From NCBI GenBank assembly GCA_945786985.1, contig CALZGC010000160.1, positions 1,031-65,030 of the forward strand: 64,000 nt of DNA, written 5' to 3'. Numbering within the stretch: position 1 is the first letter of the stretch; every line of letters starts with the position of its first letter. Under the pieces are notes generated by a model. It saw nothing but the letters and a program-made list of their open reading frames with translations, was not told the origin of the DNA and made no database searches. This document shows, piece by piece, positions 43,735 through 54,627 of this stretch. Both the position numbers and the translations under genes were made by a program. This stretch comes from an uncultured Nitrospirota bacterium. GTDB taxonomy: Bacteria; CG2-30-53-67.

Positions 43735-44844
43735 ATGAATGAACTTGAACAGCTTAAGAAAATCGTGCGGGACCAGACCCGGATGATCATTGAAAAGAAC
43801 CGCATGCTGGCTGAGATGGAGTACCGGCTGAAGAACTCCGTCATTACGGGAAGCCGCAGGGAGCAGCTCTCGCAAATGGAGTCCCGCTACGACAAAGACC
43901 TCATCGAGGAACAGGCGAGCATGCTGAAGAGCATCCTTGGATCGGTTCCCTGCGGTCTATTGCTGGTTAACGGACAGCGCAAGATCATATTGCATAACGA
44001 CGAGGCGCTTGAAATCATGGGACTCTCGGGCCAGGACGTACTCGGCAGGAGTTGTGAAGCCGTGATGGGAGAGACCTGCCGGGAGAGCTGTCTGCTGGAA
44101 AGTGCTGTGGAACTGGGCGAGGAGTTGTGCTGCCGTAAGATGGCCGCCCGTACCCGGGACGGCCGCGAATTGTCGCTTTCGCTGAAGGTGACGCCCATTC
44201 GCAACAGCCAAGGGCGCATCGTTGGCGGCGTTGAGGTCTTCTCCCGACGCACGGACTCGGTAGATCAGACGCAGGCCCTCCGGGAGCAGCAAGACGGAAT
44301 TTTTCGGGTCTTTTCACGTCTCATGGGGCAGAAGGACGGCTACCTGGTGGCCCACTCGCACCGGGTGAATGACATTGCCCTCCAGTTGGCGGACGCCCTG
44401 GGCATGGGGCACTCCAACGGTGAAAAAGACCTATCCCTGGCCTGCCTCGTTCACGATGTAGGTCTTCTGACGGTTCCCGGGGAGATTCTGAGTGCCAAGA
44501 GAACACGTCCGGCCCAAGAGCATGAAGCTATCCGATCTCACCCGGCCTCAGGGGAATGGATCCTTGACTCGCTCGAGGGGTTCGACCACATCAAGAAGAT
44601 CGTTCGTTCTCACCATGAGAGATTTGATGGTGGCGGCTATCCTGACGGACTCGTTGGAGAGGAGATCCCCAAGGAGTCCCGTATTCTCGCTCTGGCGGAG
44701 GCTTACGACGCTATGTGCCATGATGCCGCCGCCCCGAAGCGCTCCCCAGAGGAGATCATCCGGGAAATTCAGGAAAACAGCGGTACTCAGTTCGATCCTG
44801 AGATGGTAAGTGTTTTTCTGAAACAGGTGGTTTCGAAGCGATGA
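43735..44844 (+). CDS. PAS-sensor HD-GYP phosphodiesterase
   Basis: PAS-like region (LLLVNGQRKIILHNDEALEIMG), HD motif plus HHERFDGGGYP. Confidence 0.75.
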   Translation: MNELEQLKKIVRDQTRMIIEKNRMLAEMEYRLKNSVITGSRREQLSQMESRYDKDLIEEQASMLKSILGSVPCGLLLVNGQRKIILHNDEALEIMGLSGQDVLGRSCEAVMGETCRESCLLESAVELGEELCCRKMAARTRDGRELSLSLKVTPIRNSQGRIVGGVEVFSRRTDSVDQTQALREQQDGIFRVFSRLMGQKDGYLVAHSHRVNDIALQLADALGMGHSNGEKDLSLACLVHDVGLLTVPGEILSAKRTRPAQEHEAIRSHPASGEWILDSLEGFDHIKKIVRSHHERFDGGGYPDGLVGEEIPKESRILALAEAYDAMCHDAAAPKRSPEEIIREIQENSGTQFDPEMVSVFLKQVVSKR

Positions 44845-44932
44845 ATCTCAGCGAACGTATCGCCTTTGAGCTTCATCTAACGCTTGGGCGCGGGAGAGCA
44901 TCGGGCGCAATTTTAGTGAGAGATTTTGTCTA

Positions 44933-44962
44933 TTGACAGATATTTTTTTGGCTTGTTATACT
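44933..44962 (+). promoter_or_regulatory. sigma-70 promoter P1 (TTGACA-18-TATACT) upstream of the M23-secA operon
   Basis: sequence match. Confidence 0.45.
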
Positions 44963-45030
44963 AATAGCAATGTATGGCGAAGGCCGAACCGGGCAAGCTG
45001 GTAAGAAAATATCAGGGGCCCAGAAAAGAA

Positions 45031-45060
45031 TTGACAAATAGGGGTTTCATGTGTTATAAA
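45031..45060 (+). promoter_or_regulatory. sigma-70 promoter P2 (TTGACA-18-TATAAA)
   Basis: sequence match, 45 nt before the M23 gene start. Confidence 0.45.
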
Positions 45061-45104
45061 AAGCATTTACAATCCTCGACATACTACATTCCAGAGGAAC
45101 GCCC

Positions 45105-46004
45105 ATGAAAAAATATACGGTCATGATCATGTCCGATCCGACTGCAAAGGTTCGGAAGATCAAAGTCCCGGCTCTTGCACCCGTACAGCTCATCAGCGCC
45201 GCGATCGCCGTCGTCCTGATCACTGCCTGTCTGCTGGTGTATTTCGGCTCCGACTACATCGAGATGAAAGAGAATCTCAAAGAGCTTAATGCTCTCCGGC
45301 AAGAGAACACGGCACAGCGTTTCCAACTGCAGAGTTTTACCAGAAATCTCGACCAGATTCGGACTGCTCTGGACACCCTCAAGAATTTTGACCACAAGCT
45401 TCGCGTCATGGCCGACCTCAATGACACCTCTGAAAACAATTTTCTGCTCGGCATCGGCGGCCCCTCTGAGGTGGAACTGCCGGCGGAGTACAAGACGGAC
45501 CTATCGGAGAAAATTACCAGCGACCTCAATGACCTGAGTCTTCATTCCGCACGGCAGGAGATCAGCTTCCAGGAGTTGATCGACTTCTTTTCGGAGCAGA
45601 AACTGGTTCTCAACTCTACGCCTTCCATTTGGCCTGTTCGGGGATGGATCACCTCCGGATTCGGTGTGCGCAGAGATCCCTTCACCGGCTACAAGAAGAT
45701 GCATGACGGGCTGGATGTTGCAACACGAGCGGGAACACCGATCATTGCTCCGTGCGATGGCATTGTGACGCGCGTTACGACTGATTACGGATACGGCAAG
45801 ATGCTCGAAATCAACAACGGGCACGGCATCGTGACGCGCTTTGGACACAACTCCAAGAACATGGTGCAGGTGGGTGATCGGGTGAAGCGGGGAGACCTCA
45901 TTGCCTACGTCGGCAACACCGGTCGAAGCACAGGGCCTCATCTGCACTATGAGATTATCGTAAACGGAACCCATGTGAATCCCATGAAATATATCCTCAA
46001 TTAG
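45105..46004 (+). CDS. M23 family metallopeptidase (EnvC/NlpD-like murein hydrolase activator)
   Basis: coiled-coil N-terminus; HDGLD...GHNS...HLHYE LytM motifs. Confidence 0.85.
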   Translation: MKKYTVMIMSDPTAKVRKIKVPALAPVQLISAAIAVVLITACLLVYFGSDYIEMKENLKELNALRQENTAQRFQLQSFTRNLDQIRTALDTLKNFDHKLRVMADLNDTSENNFLLGIGGPSEVELPAEYKTDLSEKITSDLNDLSLHSARQEISFQELIDFFSEQKLVLNSTPSIWPVRGWITSGFGVRRDPFTGYKKMHDGLDVATRAGTPIIAPCDGIVTRVTTDYGYGKMLEINNGHGIVTRFGHNSKNMVQVGDRVKRGDLIAYVGNTGRSTGPHLHYEIIVNGTHVNPMKYILN

Positions 46005-46146
46005 GTGGGTAAGGGATAGCGCCGTGAGCCGAGTTTTTGATTGAAAAAGCTGATTATCTAAGATAACATGCCCCCGAGGGTTGGAATACTCGGGGGTTTT
46101 TCTTTGGCTTGAATTCAACCCCTCCCCTTTCGGAGATGTTGCCACC

Positions 46147-48774
46147 ATGTTTGCTTACGTCATGCAGAAGATATTCGGCACCCACAACGAACGGGAGCTG
46201 AAAAAAATCCACCCTCTGGTCGAGCGGATCAACGGGCTCGAATCTGAGATCCAACCCCTCACGGACGCCGAGCTGGCCGGTAAAACTGTGGAGTTCCGGG
46301 AGCGTCTGCAGCAGGGGGAGACCCTGGACGATTTGCTCTACGAGGCCTTTGCCGTCGTCCGGGAGGCCTCGGTGCGCGCCGTGGGGATGCGCCATTTTGA
46401 TACGCAGCTCATCGGTGGGATTGTTCTCCATCGCGGCAGGATCGCCGAGATGAAGACTGGTGAAGGCAAGACACTGGTCGCCACGCTGCCCGTTTACCTC
46501 AACGCGCTGCAGGGCCGAGGAGTGCATGTCATCACCGTCAATGACTATCTGGCAAGGCGAGACAGCCAGTGGATGGGCAAGATCTACCGCTTCCTTGGGA
46601 TGAGTGTGGGATGCATTGTGCACGGGCTTTCCGATGAGGAGCGCAAGGCCGCGTACGGGGCCGACATCACCTATGGCACCAACAATGAGTTCGGCTTCGA
46701 TTATCTGAGAGACAACATGAAGTTCCGTCTCGAAGATTACGCCCAACGTGATTTTCACTATGCCATCGTGGACGAAGTCGACAGTATTCTTATCGATGAG
46801 GCCCGGACGCCGCTGATTATCTCGGGCCCCACCGAAGACTCGACGGACAAGTACTACCGCATCAACAAGATCATTCCCAAGCTGAAACAGGACGTCCACT
46901 ATAGCCTCGACGAGAAATCGAATACCGCTGCGTTGACGGAAGAAGGCAACGAGCAGGTCGAAAAGGACCTGAACGTCGCCAACCTCTACGATCCTTCCAA
47001 CATCGAACTGGTCCATCATGTGAATCAGGCCCTCAAGGCCCACACCCTGTTCAAACGGGACATCGACTACGTTGTGAAAGACAACGAGGTCCTCATCGTC
47101 GATGAGTTTACGGGGCGCCTCATGCCCGGCCGCCGTTACAGTGACGGGTTGCACCAGGCCCTGGAGGCCAAGGAGGGGGTCAAGATCGAAAAGGAAAACC
47201 AGACCCTCGCAACCGTCACTTTTCAGAACTACTTCCGCATGTACGAAAAGCTCGCCGGCATGACCGGGACCGCGGACACGGAGGCCGCAGAGTTCTCGAA
47301 AATTTACAGTCTGGAAGTCAACGTCATCCCCACCAACCGACCGATGATCCGCGACGACGCCTCGGATGTCATCTACAAGACTGAAAAAGAGAAGTTCAAG
47401 GCCATCGTGGAGGAGATCGAAGCCTGTCATCAGCGGGGGCAGCCCGTTCTGGTCGGCACCATCTCCATTGAAAACTCGGAGAAGATCTCGGCCCGTCTAA
47501 AAAAAAGAGCCATTCCCCACCACGTGTTGAACGCTAAGCATCACGAGCGGGAGGCCGAGATCGTTTCGCAGGCGGGCCGGTTCGGCGCGCTGACCATTGC
47601 CACCAACATGGCGGGCCGGGGCACGGACATCGTGCTCGGAGGCAACCCGGAGTTTCTCGCGCAGGCGAAGGCGCAGGAGGGGAGTGAAAAATACGAATCC
47701 CTCATCGAGCATTTTACCCAGCAGTGTGCCGAGGAGCGCGAGCGGGTGCTCGAACAGGGGGGACTCCACATCCTGGGCACGGAACGTCATGAAAGCCGGC
47801 GCATCGACAACCAGCTGCGTGGCCGCTGCGGGCGGCAGGGCGATCCAGGAAGTTCACGCTTTTATCTCTGCCTGGAAGACGACCTGCTCAGGATCTTCGG
47901 CTCGGACAGGATCTCCAACATCATGAACCGATTGGGCATCGAAGAAGATGTTCCCATCGAGAACCGGATGGTCAGCCGGGCCATCGAGAACGCTCAGAAG
48001 AAGGTCGAGGCCCAGAATTTCAATATCCGGAAACAGCTCCTCGAGTACGACAATGTCATGAACCAGCAGCGGGAAGCCATCTACGGGCTTCGGCGGGAGA
48101 TCCTCGGGGGCGAGGATATCAAGGCGATGGTTCTGGAAATCAGCCACGACCTTCTGGAGCGTTACCTCAGCATCTACCGTGAAGAGGAGAAGGCGCAGGA
48201 GAAATGGGACGCCGACGGGCTGAAGGACTTCTACTATCGGGTGTTCAACCAGGAGCTCCCCTTTGAGCGCGGTGAGATCCAGGCCATGGAATTCACTCAA
48301 CTCCAGGAGAAGCTTCAGGCCCACATAGAGAACACCTATTACCATCGGGAAGTGGAGTTGAGTGAGCCCTTCCTGCGTCACATTGAACAGATGATTCTGC
48401 TGCAAAGTCTCGACGTGCAGTGGAAGGACCACCTTCTCGGCATGGACCACCTCAAGGAGGGGATCGGTCTTCGGGGTTACGGGCAGAAGGATCCGCTGCT
48501 CGAATACAAGCGGGAAGGGCTCGAGATGTTTCAGGAGTCCATGGAACGCATTGACGAGAAGGCCGTCACCACTCTCTTTCATCTGCAGATAGAGAAACCG
48601 GAAGAGGCGGTGATGGAGCGCTCCCAACGCCCACAGGAAGTCAACTACAGCCACGGCAGCGGCGGTCAAGGGGCCACCCGGGTCAAGACCGTCGTCAAGG
48701 GACAGAAGATCGGGAGAAACGAACCCTGCCCCTGCGGCAGTGGGAAGAAATACAAGAAGTGCTGCGGCCGGTAG
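46147..48774 (+). CDS. secA: preprotein translocase ATPase SecA
   Basis: [11 protein letters not shown]..., Walker motifs, C-terminal zinc finger [14 protein letters not shown]. Confidence 0.95.
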   Translation: MFAYVMQKIFGTHNERELKKIHPLVERINGLESEIQPLTDAELAGKTVEFRERLQQGETLDDLLYEAFAVVREASVRAVGMRHFDTQLIGGIVLHRGRIAEMKTGEGKTLVATLPVYLNALQGRGVHVITVNDYLARRDSQWMGKIYRFLGMSVGCIVHGLSDEERKAAYGADITYGTNNEFGFDYLRDNMKFRLEDYAQRDFHYAIVDEVDSILIDEARTPLIISGPTEDSTDKYYRINKIIPKLKQDVHYSLDEKSNTAALTEEGNEQVEKDLNVANLYDPSNIELVHHVNQALKAHTLFKRDIDYVVKDNEVLIVDEFTGRLMPGRRYSDGLHQALEAKEGVKIEKENQTLATVTFQNYFRMYEKLAGMTGTADTEAAEFSKIYSLEVNVIPTNRPMIRDDASDVIYKTEKEKFKAIVEEIEACHQRGQPVLVGTISIENSEKISARLKKRAIPHHVLNAKHHEREAEIVSQAGRFGALTIATNMAGRGTDIVLGGNPEFLAQAKAQEGSEKYESLIEHFTQQCAEERERVLEQGGLHILGTERHESRRIDNQLRGRCGRQGDPGSSRFYLCLEDDLLRIFGSDRISNIMNRLGIEEDVPIENRMVSRAIENAQKKVEAQNFNIRKQLLEYDNVMNQQREAIYGLRREILGGEDIKAMVLEISHDLLERYLSIYREEEKAQEKWDADGLKDFYYRVFNQELPFERGEIQAMEFTQLQEKLQAHIENTYYHREVELSEPFLRHIEQMILLQSLDVQWKDHLLGMDHLKEGIGLRGYGQKDPLLEYKREGLEMFQESMERIDEKAVTTLFHLQIEKPEEAVMERSQRPQEVNYSHGSGGQGATRVKTVVKGQKIGRNEPCPCGSGKKYKKCCGR

Positions 48775-48786
48775 CCAGCCATCCCC

Positions 48787-49650
48787 ATGGCAGCCGAGGC
48801 GTCAGCAGGGAGAGGCCCCATCAAAGTCGCCGGTATCCAGATTTCGCCTTCCGAAAGCATCGAGCAGAATCTCGACAAAGCCACTCGCTTCATTGAGCAT
48901 GCCGTCACCAGCGGCGCCGGCATTGTCTGTTTTCCCCAGCTCTTCTTTCTGCCCTGGTTCCTGGGAGAGGAAACTTCTGAGGCCCGGGCCCATGCCATTG
49001 CCGCAGACCATGAAATCATGCGGCGCTTTTCGGAAGCGGCCCGCAAGTACGAAGCCGTGCTGGTCTGTCCCTTCTACGAAGAGAGTGACGGGAAAGCGTA
49101 CAGCGCTGCAGCTGTCTACGATGCCGACGGCTCCCTGGCGGGCCTCTATCGCAAGGTCCACATTCCGGACATTCCCGGCTGGCGGGAGAAGCACTACTTC
49201 GCTCCGGGAGATCGCGGGCTGCCGGTTTTTGACACCGCCCGGGGACGGCTTGGTGTGCAGCTCTGCTGGGATAATTTCTTTCCGGAGGGCTCCCGGTCCC
49301 TCGCCCTGGCCGGCGCCGAGATCATTCTGGCACCGACGGCGGCCGCCTATGCTTCCCAGGAGCGCTGGTTTCACGTCATTTCTGCCAACGCCTTCGTGAA
49401 CAATGTCTTCGTTTTTCGCGTCAATCGCGTCGGACACGATCACGGACTTGACTTCTACGGGCACAGCTTCTGTGTCGATCCTTACGGCGAGCTGATTGCC
49501 GAGCCCGTCGGCCTGCAAGAGAGTATCCTCATGGCCGAGGTGGACCTTGCCTGTGTCGCCGAAGCCCGGGAGCAGAGCGGCTTCTTCCGGGACCGTCGCG
49601 AACATCTCTACCATGAACCCCTGCCGACCCGGGGTGAGGATGCTTCATGA
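48787..49650 (+). CDS. carbon-nitrogen hydrolase (nitrilase superfamily) family protein
   Basis: E-K-C triad context (VQLCWDNFFPE), 287 aa. Confidence 0.75.
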   Translation: MAAEASAGRGPIKVAGIQISPSESIEQNLDKATRFIEHAVTSGAGIVCFPQLFFLPWFLGEETSEARAHAIAADHEIMRRFSEAARKYEAVLVCPFYEESDGKAYSAAAVYDADGSLAGLYRKVHIPDIPGWREKHYFAPGDRGLPVFDTARGRLGVQLCWDNFFPEGSRSLALAGAEIILAPTAAAYASQERWFHVISANAFVNNVFVFRVNRVGHDHGLDFYGHSFCVDPYGELIAEPVGLQESILMAEVDLACVAEAREQSGFFRDRREHLYHEPLPTRGEDAS

Positions 49651-50762
49651 TCATCGGCATCCCTCGGGAGATCAAAGACCATGAGTATCGAGTCTCCTCG
49701 ACGCCCGCCTGTGTGGAGCAACTCACCGAAGGGGGCCACGCCGTCCTGATCCAGGAGGGGGCCGGGGTGGGCACCGGTATTTCCGACCATGAATTCGAAG
49801 AGGCCGGGGCCACGATTGTGCGGGACGCCAAGTCCGTCTTCGACCGGGCCGAGCTGATCGTCAAAGTCAAGGAGCCTCTTCCGGCCGAGTATGGGCTGTT
49901 TCGCGAGGGACAGGCCCTCTTCACTTTTCTGCACCTCGCGGCCGATCGCGCTCTGACGGAATTCCTTCTGAAGAAAAAGATCTGGGCCATCGGCTATGAG
50001 ACCCTTGAGGCCGACGACGGCAGCCTCCCCATTTTGGTTCCCATGAGCGAAATCGCCGGGCGCATGGCTGTTCAGATCGGGGCCTATTACCTGGAAAGCC
50101 AAAATGCCGGCAAGGGAATCCTCCTGTCGGGCGTGCCAGGAGTGCGTCATGGGGAGGTGGTGATCATCGGTGGCGGCATCGTGGGGGCGAACGCGGCGCG
50201 CATCGCCCGGGCCATGGGTGCGCGGGTCACCCTGATCGACAAGAACGCGAATCGGCTCAAGGAACTGGACGATCGTTTCGGCGGAGACGTGACCACGCTG
50301 ACGCCCCTCAAAAAGAATATTGCTACTTCCGTTGCCAAAGCAGATCTGCTGATCGGAGCCGTCCTCGTCGCCGGCGGCCGCGCGCCCAAGGTCGTGAGCG
50401 GCGAGATGATCCGATCCATGGAAGGCGGCTCGGTGGTGGTGGATGTGGCCGTCGACCAGGGGGGATGTTTTGAAACGACGCGGCCCACCACCCATTCGGA
50501 GCCGGTCTACGAAGTGGATGAAGTGATTCATTATGCCGTCACCAACATCCCCGGCGCCGTGGCCCGCACATCGACCTTCGCCCTCACCAACGCAACGCTG
50601 CCCTACCTCTCGGAGATTGCCGACAGCGGCTTTGGCCCAGCCGTTCTGCAATCGGAAGCCCTGCAAAAAGGGGTCAACACGCTCAAGGGGCACCTGACCC
50701 ATCCGCTCGTGGCCGAAGCCTTCGGCTTGAACCATCGCGCCGTAAAAACACTTCTTGCCTGA
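49647..50762 (+). CDS. ald: alanine dehydrogenase
   Basis: MIIGIPREIKDHEYRV..., NAD motif IIGGGIVG. Confidence 0.9.
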   Translation: MIIGIPREIKDHEYRVSSTPACVEQLTEGGHAVLIQEGAGVGTGISDHEFEEAGATIVRDAKSVFDRAELIVKVKEPLPAEYGLFREGQALFTFLHLAADRALTEFLLKKKIWAIGYETLEADDGSLPILVPMSEIAGRMAVQIGAYYLESQNAGKGILLSGVPGVRHGEVVIIGGGIVGANAARIARAMGARVTLIDKNANRLKELDDRFGGDVTTLTPLKKNIATSVAKADLLIGAVLVAGGRAPKVVSGEMIRSMEGGSVVVDVAVDQGGCFETTRPTTHSEPVYEVDEVIHYAVTNIPGAVARTSTFALTNATLPYLSEIADSGFGPAVLQSEALQKGVNTLKGHLTHPLVAEAFGLNHRAVKTLLA

Positions 50763-50861
50763 AATTAAGATCCGAACTGTTTCTCAACGGCATGGCTGTG
50801 AGATGGCCGGCGGGTCATGCGGGAGGGCACAGCTTCTGTGAAGTTGGGCTGCACAAAAAAA

Positions 50862-50936
50862 TGGTGGGCGATGCCAGATTCGAACTGGCGACTTCCACCG
50901 TGTGAGGATGGCACTCTCCCGCTGAGTTAATCGCCC
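50862..50936 (-). tRNA. tRNA-Val (anticodon CAC)
   Basis: GGGCGAT acceptor stem pairs with ATCGCCC; D, anticodon (loop CTCACAC) and T (GTTCGAATC) arms folded by hand; CCA is encoded. Confidence 0.8.
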
Positions 50937-50949
50937 ACTGCATTTTCGA

Positions 50950-50978
50950 ATATTACCAGAGACCGGTCAAATGTCAAC
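50950..50978 (-). promoter_or_regulatory. sigma-70 promoter for tRNA-Val (TTGACA-17-TAATAT)
   Basis: minus-strand -35 at 50973-50978 and -10 at 50950-50955, about 12 nt before the tRNA 5' end. Confidence 0.55.
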
Positions 50979-51044
50979 GTCTATTCAGCGCAGGATCCGT
51001 GCGCTCACTGCATGACGATTCCCCCAAGGTAATGCGCTTTAGCT

Positions 51045-51204
51045 CGGACATTGCATAAGTGTTCGTCGTGAGAGGCCCCCAGAGGTCCCAGAGATCCTGG
51101 AAGCGTCACAGGCAAGGCGCAGAAGATTTTCTGGCTGAAGACATATTGCAATATTTCGAAGTCAGAAAATTTTCTGTAACGCCAAATGTGGCAGGCTATA
51201 CGGC
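51045..51204 (-). mobile_element. MITE-like element, copy F (inverted; degenerate or truncated termini)
   Basis: internal module GCGCAGAAGATTTTCTGGCTGAAGACATATTG...GTGGCAGGCTATACGGCC shared with copies A and C; abuts the fmdB stop codon. Confidence 0.7.
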
Positions 51205-51702
51205 CTAGAGCTCGTAGAGCGTATCGTCCACCGTAGGAGGCAGAAACCGCTTGCGCAGACCCGCGACCCCGCCGGAGGACTTGGCGGCAAAAGGATCTTC
51301 CGTTTCGAGGATATCCCCCATCTCCTGATCGATCTGCTCCGGGTCCTCTCCCGATTCCATGCGCCGGATGGCCTCTTCCATGCCCGAACCGAGCTGCAGT
51401 CCCGTGGCATCAAAGAGCCGCCGCATTAACCGGGCGGCCTGACGGGGGTCTTCCTCGTTCATTCCCTCTGCTTCCCGGGCCAGAACCTGCATGGCCTGCT
51501 CCAGTTTGGCTTCGTCCATGTCGGGCATGGCGTCGTCGTCCCCCTCCTTGCGCCCTTTGGAGATTGCAAAGAGCGATACTTCACGTTCCAGCTCGGCCCG
51601 GCCGCACTGGGGGCAGTTGGGTCGGCGCTTGGTGTTGACGGATCTGGACAGAAAGTTGAAGATCCTGTGACAGTCGCTGCAGTAGAATTCGTAGATCGGC
51701 AA
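51205..51702 (-). CDS. FmdB-family zinc-ribbon protein
   Basis: PIYEFYCSDCH...CPQCG; TTG start behind GGAGGTGA. Confidence 0.6.
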   Translation of the reverse strand: MPIYEFYCSDCHRIFNFLSRSVNTKRRPNCPQCGRAELEREVSLFAISKGRKEGDDDAMPDMDEAKLEQAMQVLAREAEGMNEEDPRQAARLMRRLFDATGLQLGSGMEEAIRRMESGEDPEQIDQEMGDILETEDPFAAKSSGGVAGLRKRFLPPTVDDTLYEL

Positions 51703-52146
51703 GGGCTCACCTCCGGATGTAGGGAAAACGGGATCACCAAGGGAAAAATAGCACAAAGCGCCTTCGCCATCAAAGAAAAATGACCTGTTTCCGGCAAATC
51801 CTGAACCCTTGCGGTCCTGCGTGCCCGCTGCCCCAAGCCATAACGGATCGTGCGCGCTCAGCCTCTGCGGGTCTGTTGGCGTCTCTGCAATACCGCACCA
51901 CAGCCAGCTTAAGATCGATTTTCTTCCTCTAACCTTGGCTTCACTCTCGGACGCTTTGACGAAGCTTCTATTCTCATGGTTTTACGACACGAACCCCCTT
52001 TGCTACCTACCCCTTTTCTATGATATACAGAAGTGTCTAGATTCCGGGTACCCCATTTTTCTTTGTCGGCTTTTGCACGTGTCGGTCATCCCGCAGTTCA
52101 GGACGAACAATGAACCGGATTCGTGCACCTCAGGAAGAGGTGACCA

Positions 52147-54627
52147 TTGGCCCTCGCGCTTCAACGACCGCTGTTCGAGGACGAAAGCAGCGGCATACTG
52201 GATCGGGGTCAGATCCGAGCCATCCTTGGGTATATCAGAAACCGGATGATTCCGGTCCGCGTCTCGGTCAGTCAGGACCCTCGCCTCTATCATGGGTACG
52301 TGGGAAGCTTCCGTCGACGTGCGGGCGAAATCAATCTGCGCGTCGCACCGGGGGAGGGCAACAACCTGGCGCCTTCCGTGCGTCCCGGCGCGCACATCAC
52401 CGTGTCCTTTGTCTGCAAAGACCGGGCCTTCTTCCTTGACACCGGGATCTCAAGCATATTCGAATCCGACGTGCGGATATGGTTTCCCGACGCGCTCTCT
52501 TTTTACCCATCCCGGGCTGCCCATCGGATGACATACCCGTTTTCCGTACCGATGACCGTGGAGTTTGTCGACCCCCGGACGCAGAAAGGGTGGCGGGTCC
52601 ATGAACTCGAAGACCTCAGCTACCATGGCCTGAGCTTCCGCTGTGAGGCCGTTGAGCCGGCCTTGGTCCCGGGGATTTGGATTCCCCGTCTGAACCTGTA
52701 CAATTTTGAGCGGCGCTGTTACGGGACACCGGCGAAAGTACGGCATGTCAGAGAGTGTTGGGATTCGGCCGGACGATGCTTTCACCGCGTCGGTGTCCTC
52801 CTTTCTCCTTCCAATAGAATGGAGGCCCGCCAATCAGCCGCTCGGGTCGCCATGGGAACCGGCCGGGACGAGCTGAATCACCCGCCGGCCATTCAAAGCC
52901 TGCTGAATCAGTGGATGCACGAGAACATACCCGTCGAATTCAACGATCGGGTAAAGAGACATAGCCCGGTCCGGGTGCTTCCGAGTAAGCCCTTTGTCGA
53001 CGAAGGGGCTCTGGTGTTTCGCCTCGTGCCCCAGCGTTTGAAGGCCTTCCCCTTTCGGGTTGGGGAGGAGATCCAAGGAGAGTGTGTTTATCACGACACC
53101 CTCTTCCGATTCGCGACGATTCTGGGTTACAGCGGCGGTGGACGCATGCGGGTCGGGATGCCGGTCCGTATCACCCGACTGCGCAGAAGGCGCTCGCAGC
53201 GGTGTTCGTCCGTTGGCCCCTGGCGTATACGCATTGTCTTCAAAAACCCAATTTCCAACAACGTCATTTCCAAGCCAATTTCCGATCTCTCCGAGGATGG
53301 CTTTTCGATGGCCCTCGATTACAAACGGGCCATGCTCTTTCCCGGCATGACCATTGAGGGGACGCAGCTCGATCTTCCCGACGGCCGGCACAGCGTGCCG
53401 GCACTGCGGGTGCTCTACGCCAAAACGCTTCCGTCCGCACGCGGCCGTCCGCGTTGTCGCGTCGGGTTTGCGTGGAAGCACCTGTCCGGAGAGACCCGCC
53501 GGGGCATCGGCGACGTTTTGCGGAAGGTTCGGCATCCGGGGCTCTTCCGGCCGGATTCCGCCAGGGTCGGTGAAATCTGGGATCTCTATGACCGGGCGGG
53601 ATTCCTCTATCCGGCAAAGAAAGCAGCCATTTCAAAGATGCAAAAGGAAATCGATGACACCTGGGAGAAACTCTACGCCCCGGAGACCCCCTTCTTCCGG
53701 AACCTCACCTTTACCGTGGACGGGGAGATCGTCGGGTCGGGGGCCATCCTTCAGGTCTATGACAGTACCTGGCTGCTGCAGCATCTCTCCGCCCTGCCAT
53801 ATCATCCGGCCACGGTCAGCAAGGAGATCAACCTGGGGCTGGTGGAAGAGCTGATGCGCGACAGAAACATCTGGTATATCAAGACCTATTTCCGGCCGAA
53901 CAACCCTTGGCCCAACAAGACATTTCGGGCCTTTGCGGAAAAACAACTCAAGCCGGGGGCCTACGATCTGACGCGGTATCACTTTTTTGAGAAAGACCCG
54001 TTGCCCCTGCCTGTCACCGGCCGGCTGCCCGCCGGGGTCGCAGTGGGTGCCCTCAGGCGCGGCGACGGAGAAATGATACGGAATTATTTCGTCCGTGCCG
54101 GGAAGGTCTTCTTCGCTCGCTCCGAGTCGCTCCTCACGACGGAATGCAGTCTCCGAGAAACGTCGGAGCGCTATCGCAGACGGGGGCTACTCAGAGAGCG
54201 TCGAATCTTCGTGGCGAAAAAGGCCGGGGCCCTTCTGGCTTTCGTGCTGGCAGAAGATGCATCCTTCGGCTTGAATCTCTCCGGTCTTCTCAACACCTGT
54301 CGGCTCTATTTGCTCAGGCACGAACCGGCCGTCATGGCGGCTGTGCTTCCCCATCTTCTGAATAGGGTCCTTGCGTTTTACCGGTCCCGGGGATACGGGA
54401 AAATTCTGCTGGTCGCGTCCGACGAGGCCGGGGCCCCTTTGGGTGAGCTAGGTTTTGAGGCCATGCGGGACTACTACTGCCTCACCTTTCACCGGGAATC
54501 GCTGCTGGAGTACCTGCATTTCATTCACGACAAGTACGCCAGGCTCGAGCGCAGAATGCGAAAAGAGGGCCCGGGCTCGCAAGAACGGAAAGGTCCAGAC
54601 AATCGAAATAACGAGATGGTGCCATGA
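52147..54627 (+). CDS. large multidomain protein: about three PilZ-like (c-di-GMP-binding) repeats followed by a roughly 350-aa GNAT/FemAB-like C-terminal region of unknown function
   Basis: repeated R-x-x-R ... D-L-S-x-x-G-(L/F)-S motifs (ELEDLSYHGLSF, ISDLSEDGFSM); C-terminal RSRGYGKIL GNAT-like motif; TTG start behind AGGAAGAGG. Confidence 0.4.
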   Translation: MALALQRPLFEDESSGILDRGQIRAILGYIRNRMIPVRVSVSQDPRLYHGYVGSFRRRAGEINLRVAPGEGNNLAPSVRPGAHITVSFVCKDRAFFLDTGISSIFESDVRIWFPDALSFYPSRAAHRMTYPFSVPMTVEFVDPRTQKGWRVHELEDLSYHGLSFRCEAVEPALVPGIWIPRLNLYNFERRCYGTPAKVRHVRECWDSAGRCFHRVGVLLSPSNRMEARQSAARVAMGTGRDELNHPPAIQSLLNQWMHENIPVEFNDRVKRHSPVRVLPSKPFVDEGALVFRLVPQRLKAFPFRVGEEIQGECVYHDTLFRFATILGYSGGGRMRVGMPVRITRLRRRRSQRCSSVGPWRIRIVFKNPISNNVISKPISDLSEDGFSMALDYKRAMLFPGMTIEGTQLDLPDGRHSVPALRVLYAKTLPSARGRPRCRVGFAWKHLSGETRRGIGDVLRKVRHPGLFRPDSARVGEIWDLYDRAGFLYPAKKAAISKMQKEIDDTWEKLYAPETPFFRNLTFTVDGEIVGSGAILQVYDSTWLLQHLSALPYHPATVSKEINLGLVEELMRDRNIWYIKTYFRPNNPWPNKTFRAFAEKQLKPGAYDLTRYHFFEKDPLPLPVTGRLPAGVAVGALRRGDGEMIRNYFVRAGKVFFARSESLLTTECSLRETSERYRRRGLLRERRIFVAKKAGALLAFVLAEDASFGLNLSGLLNTCRLYLLRHEPAVMAAVLPHLLNRVLAFYRSRGYGKILLVASDEAGAPLGELGFEAMRDYYCLTFHRESLLEYLHFIHDKYARLERRMRKEGPGSQERKGPDNRNNEMVP

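Noticed and set aside
50765-50861. Hairpin plus an A-run between ald and tRNA-Val as a terminator
   Set aside because: The stem is imperfect and the homopolymer is on the wrong side for either strand. I left it uncalled.
52000-52146. Possible sigma-54 promoter upstream of the 826-aa gene
   Set aside because: GG and GC dinucleotides are present but not at N10 spacing. There is no convincing -24/-12 match.
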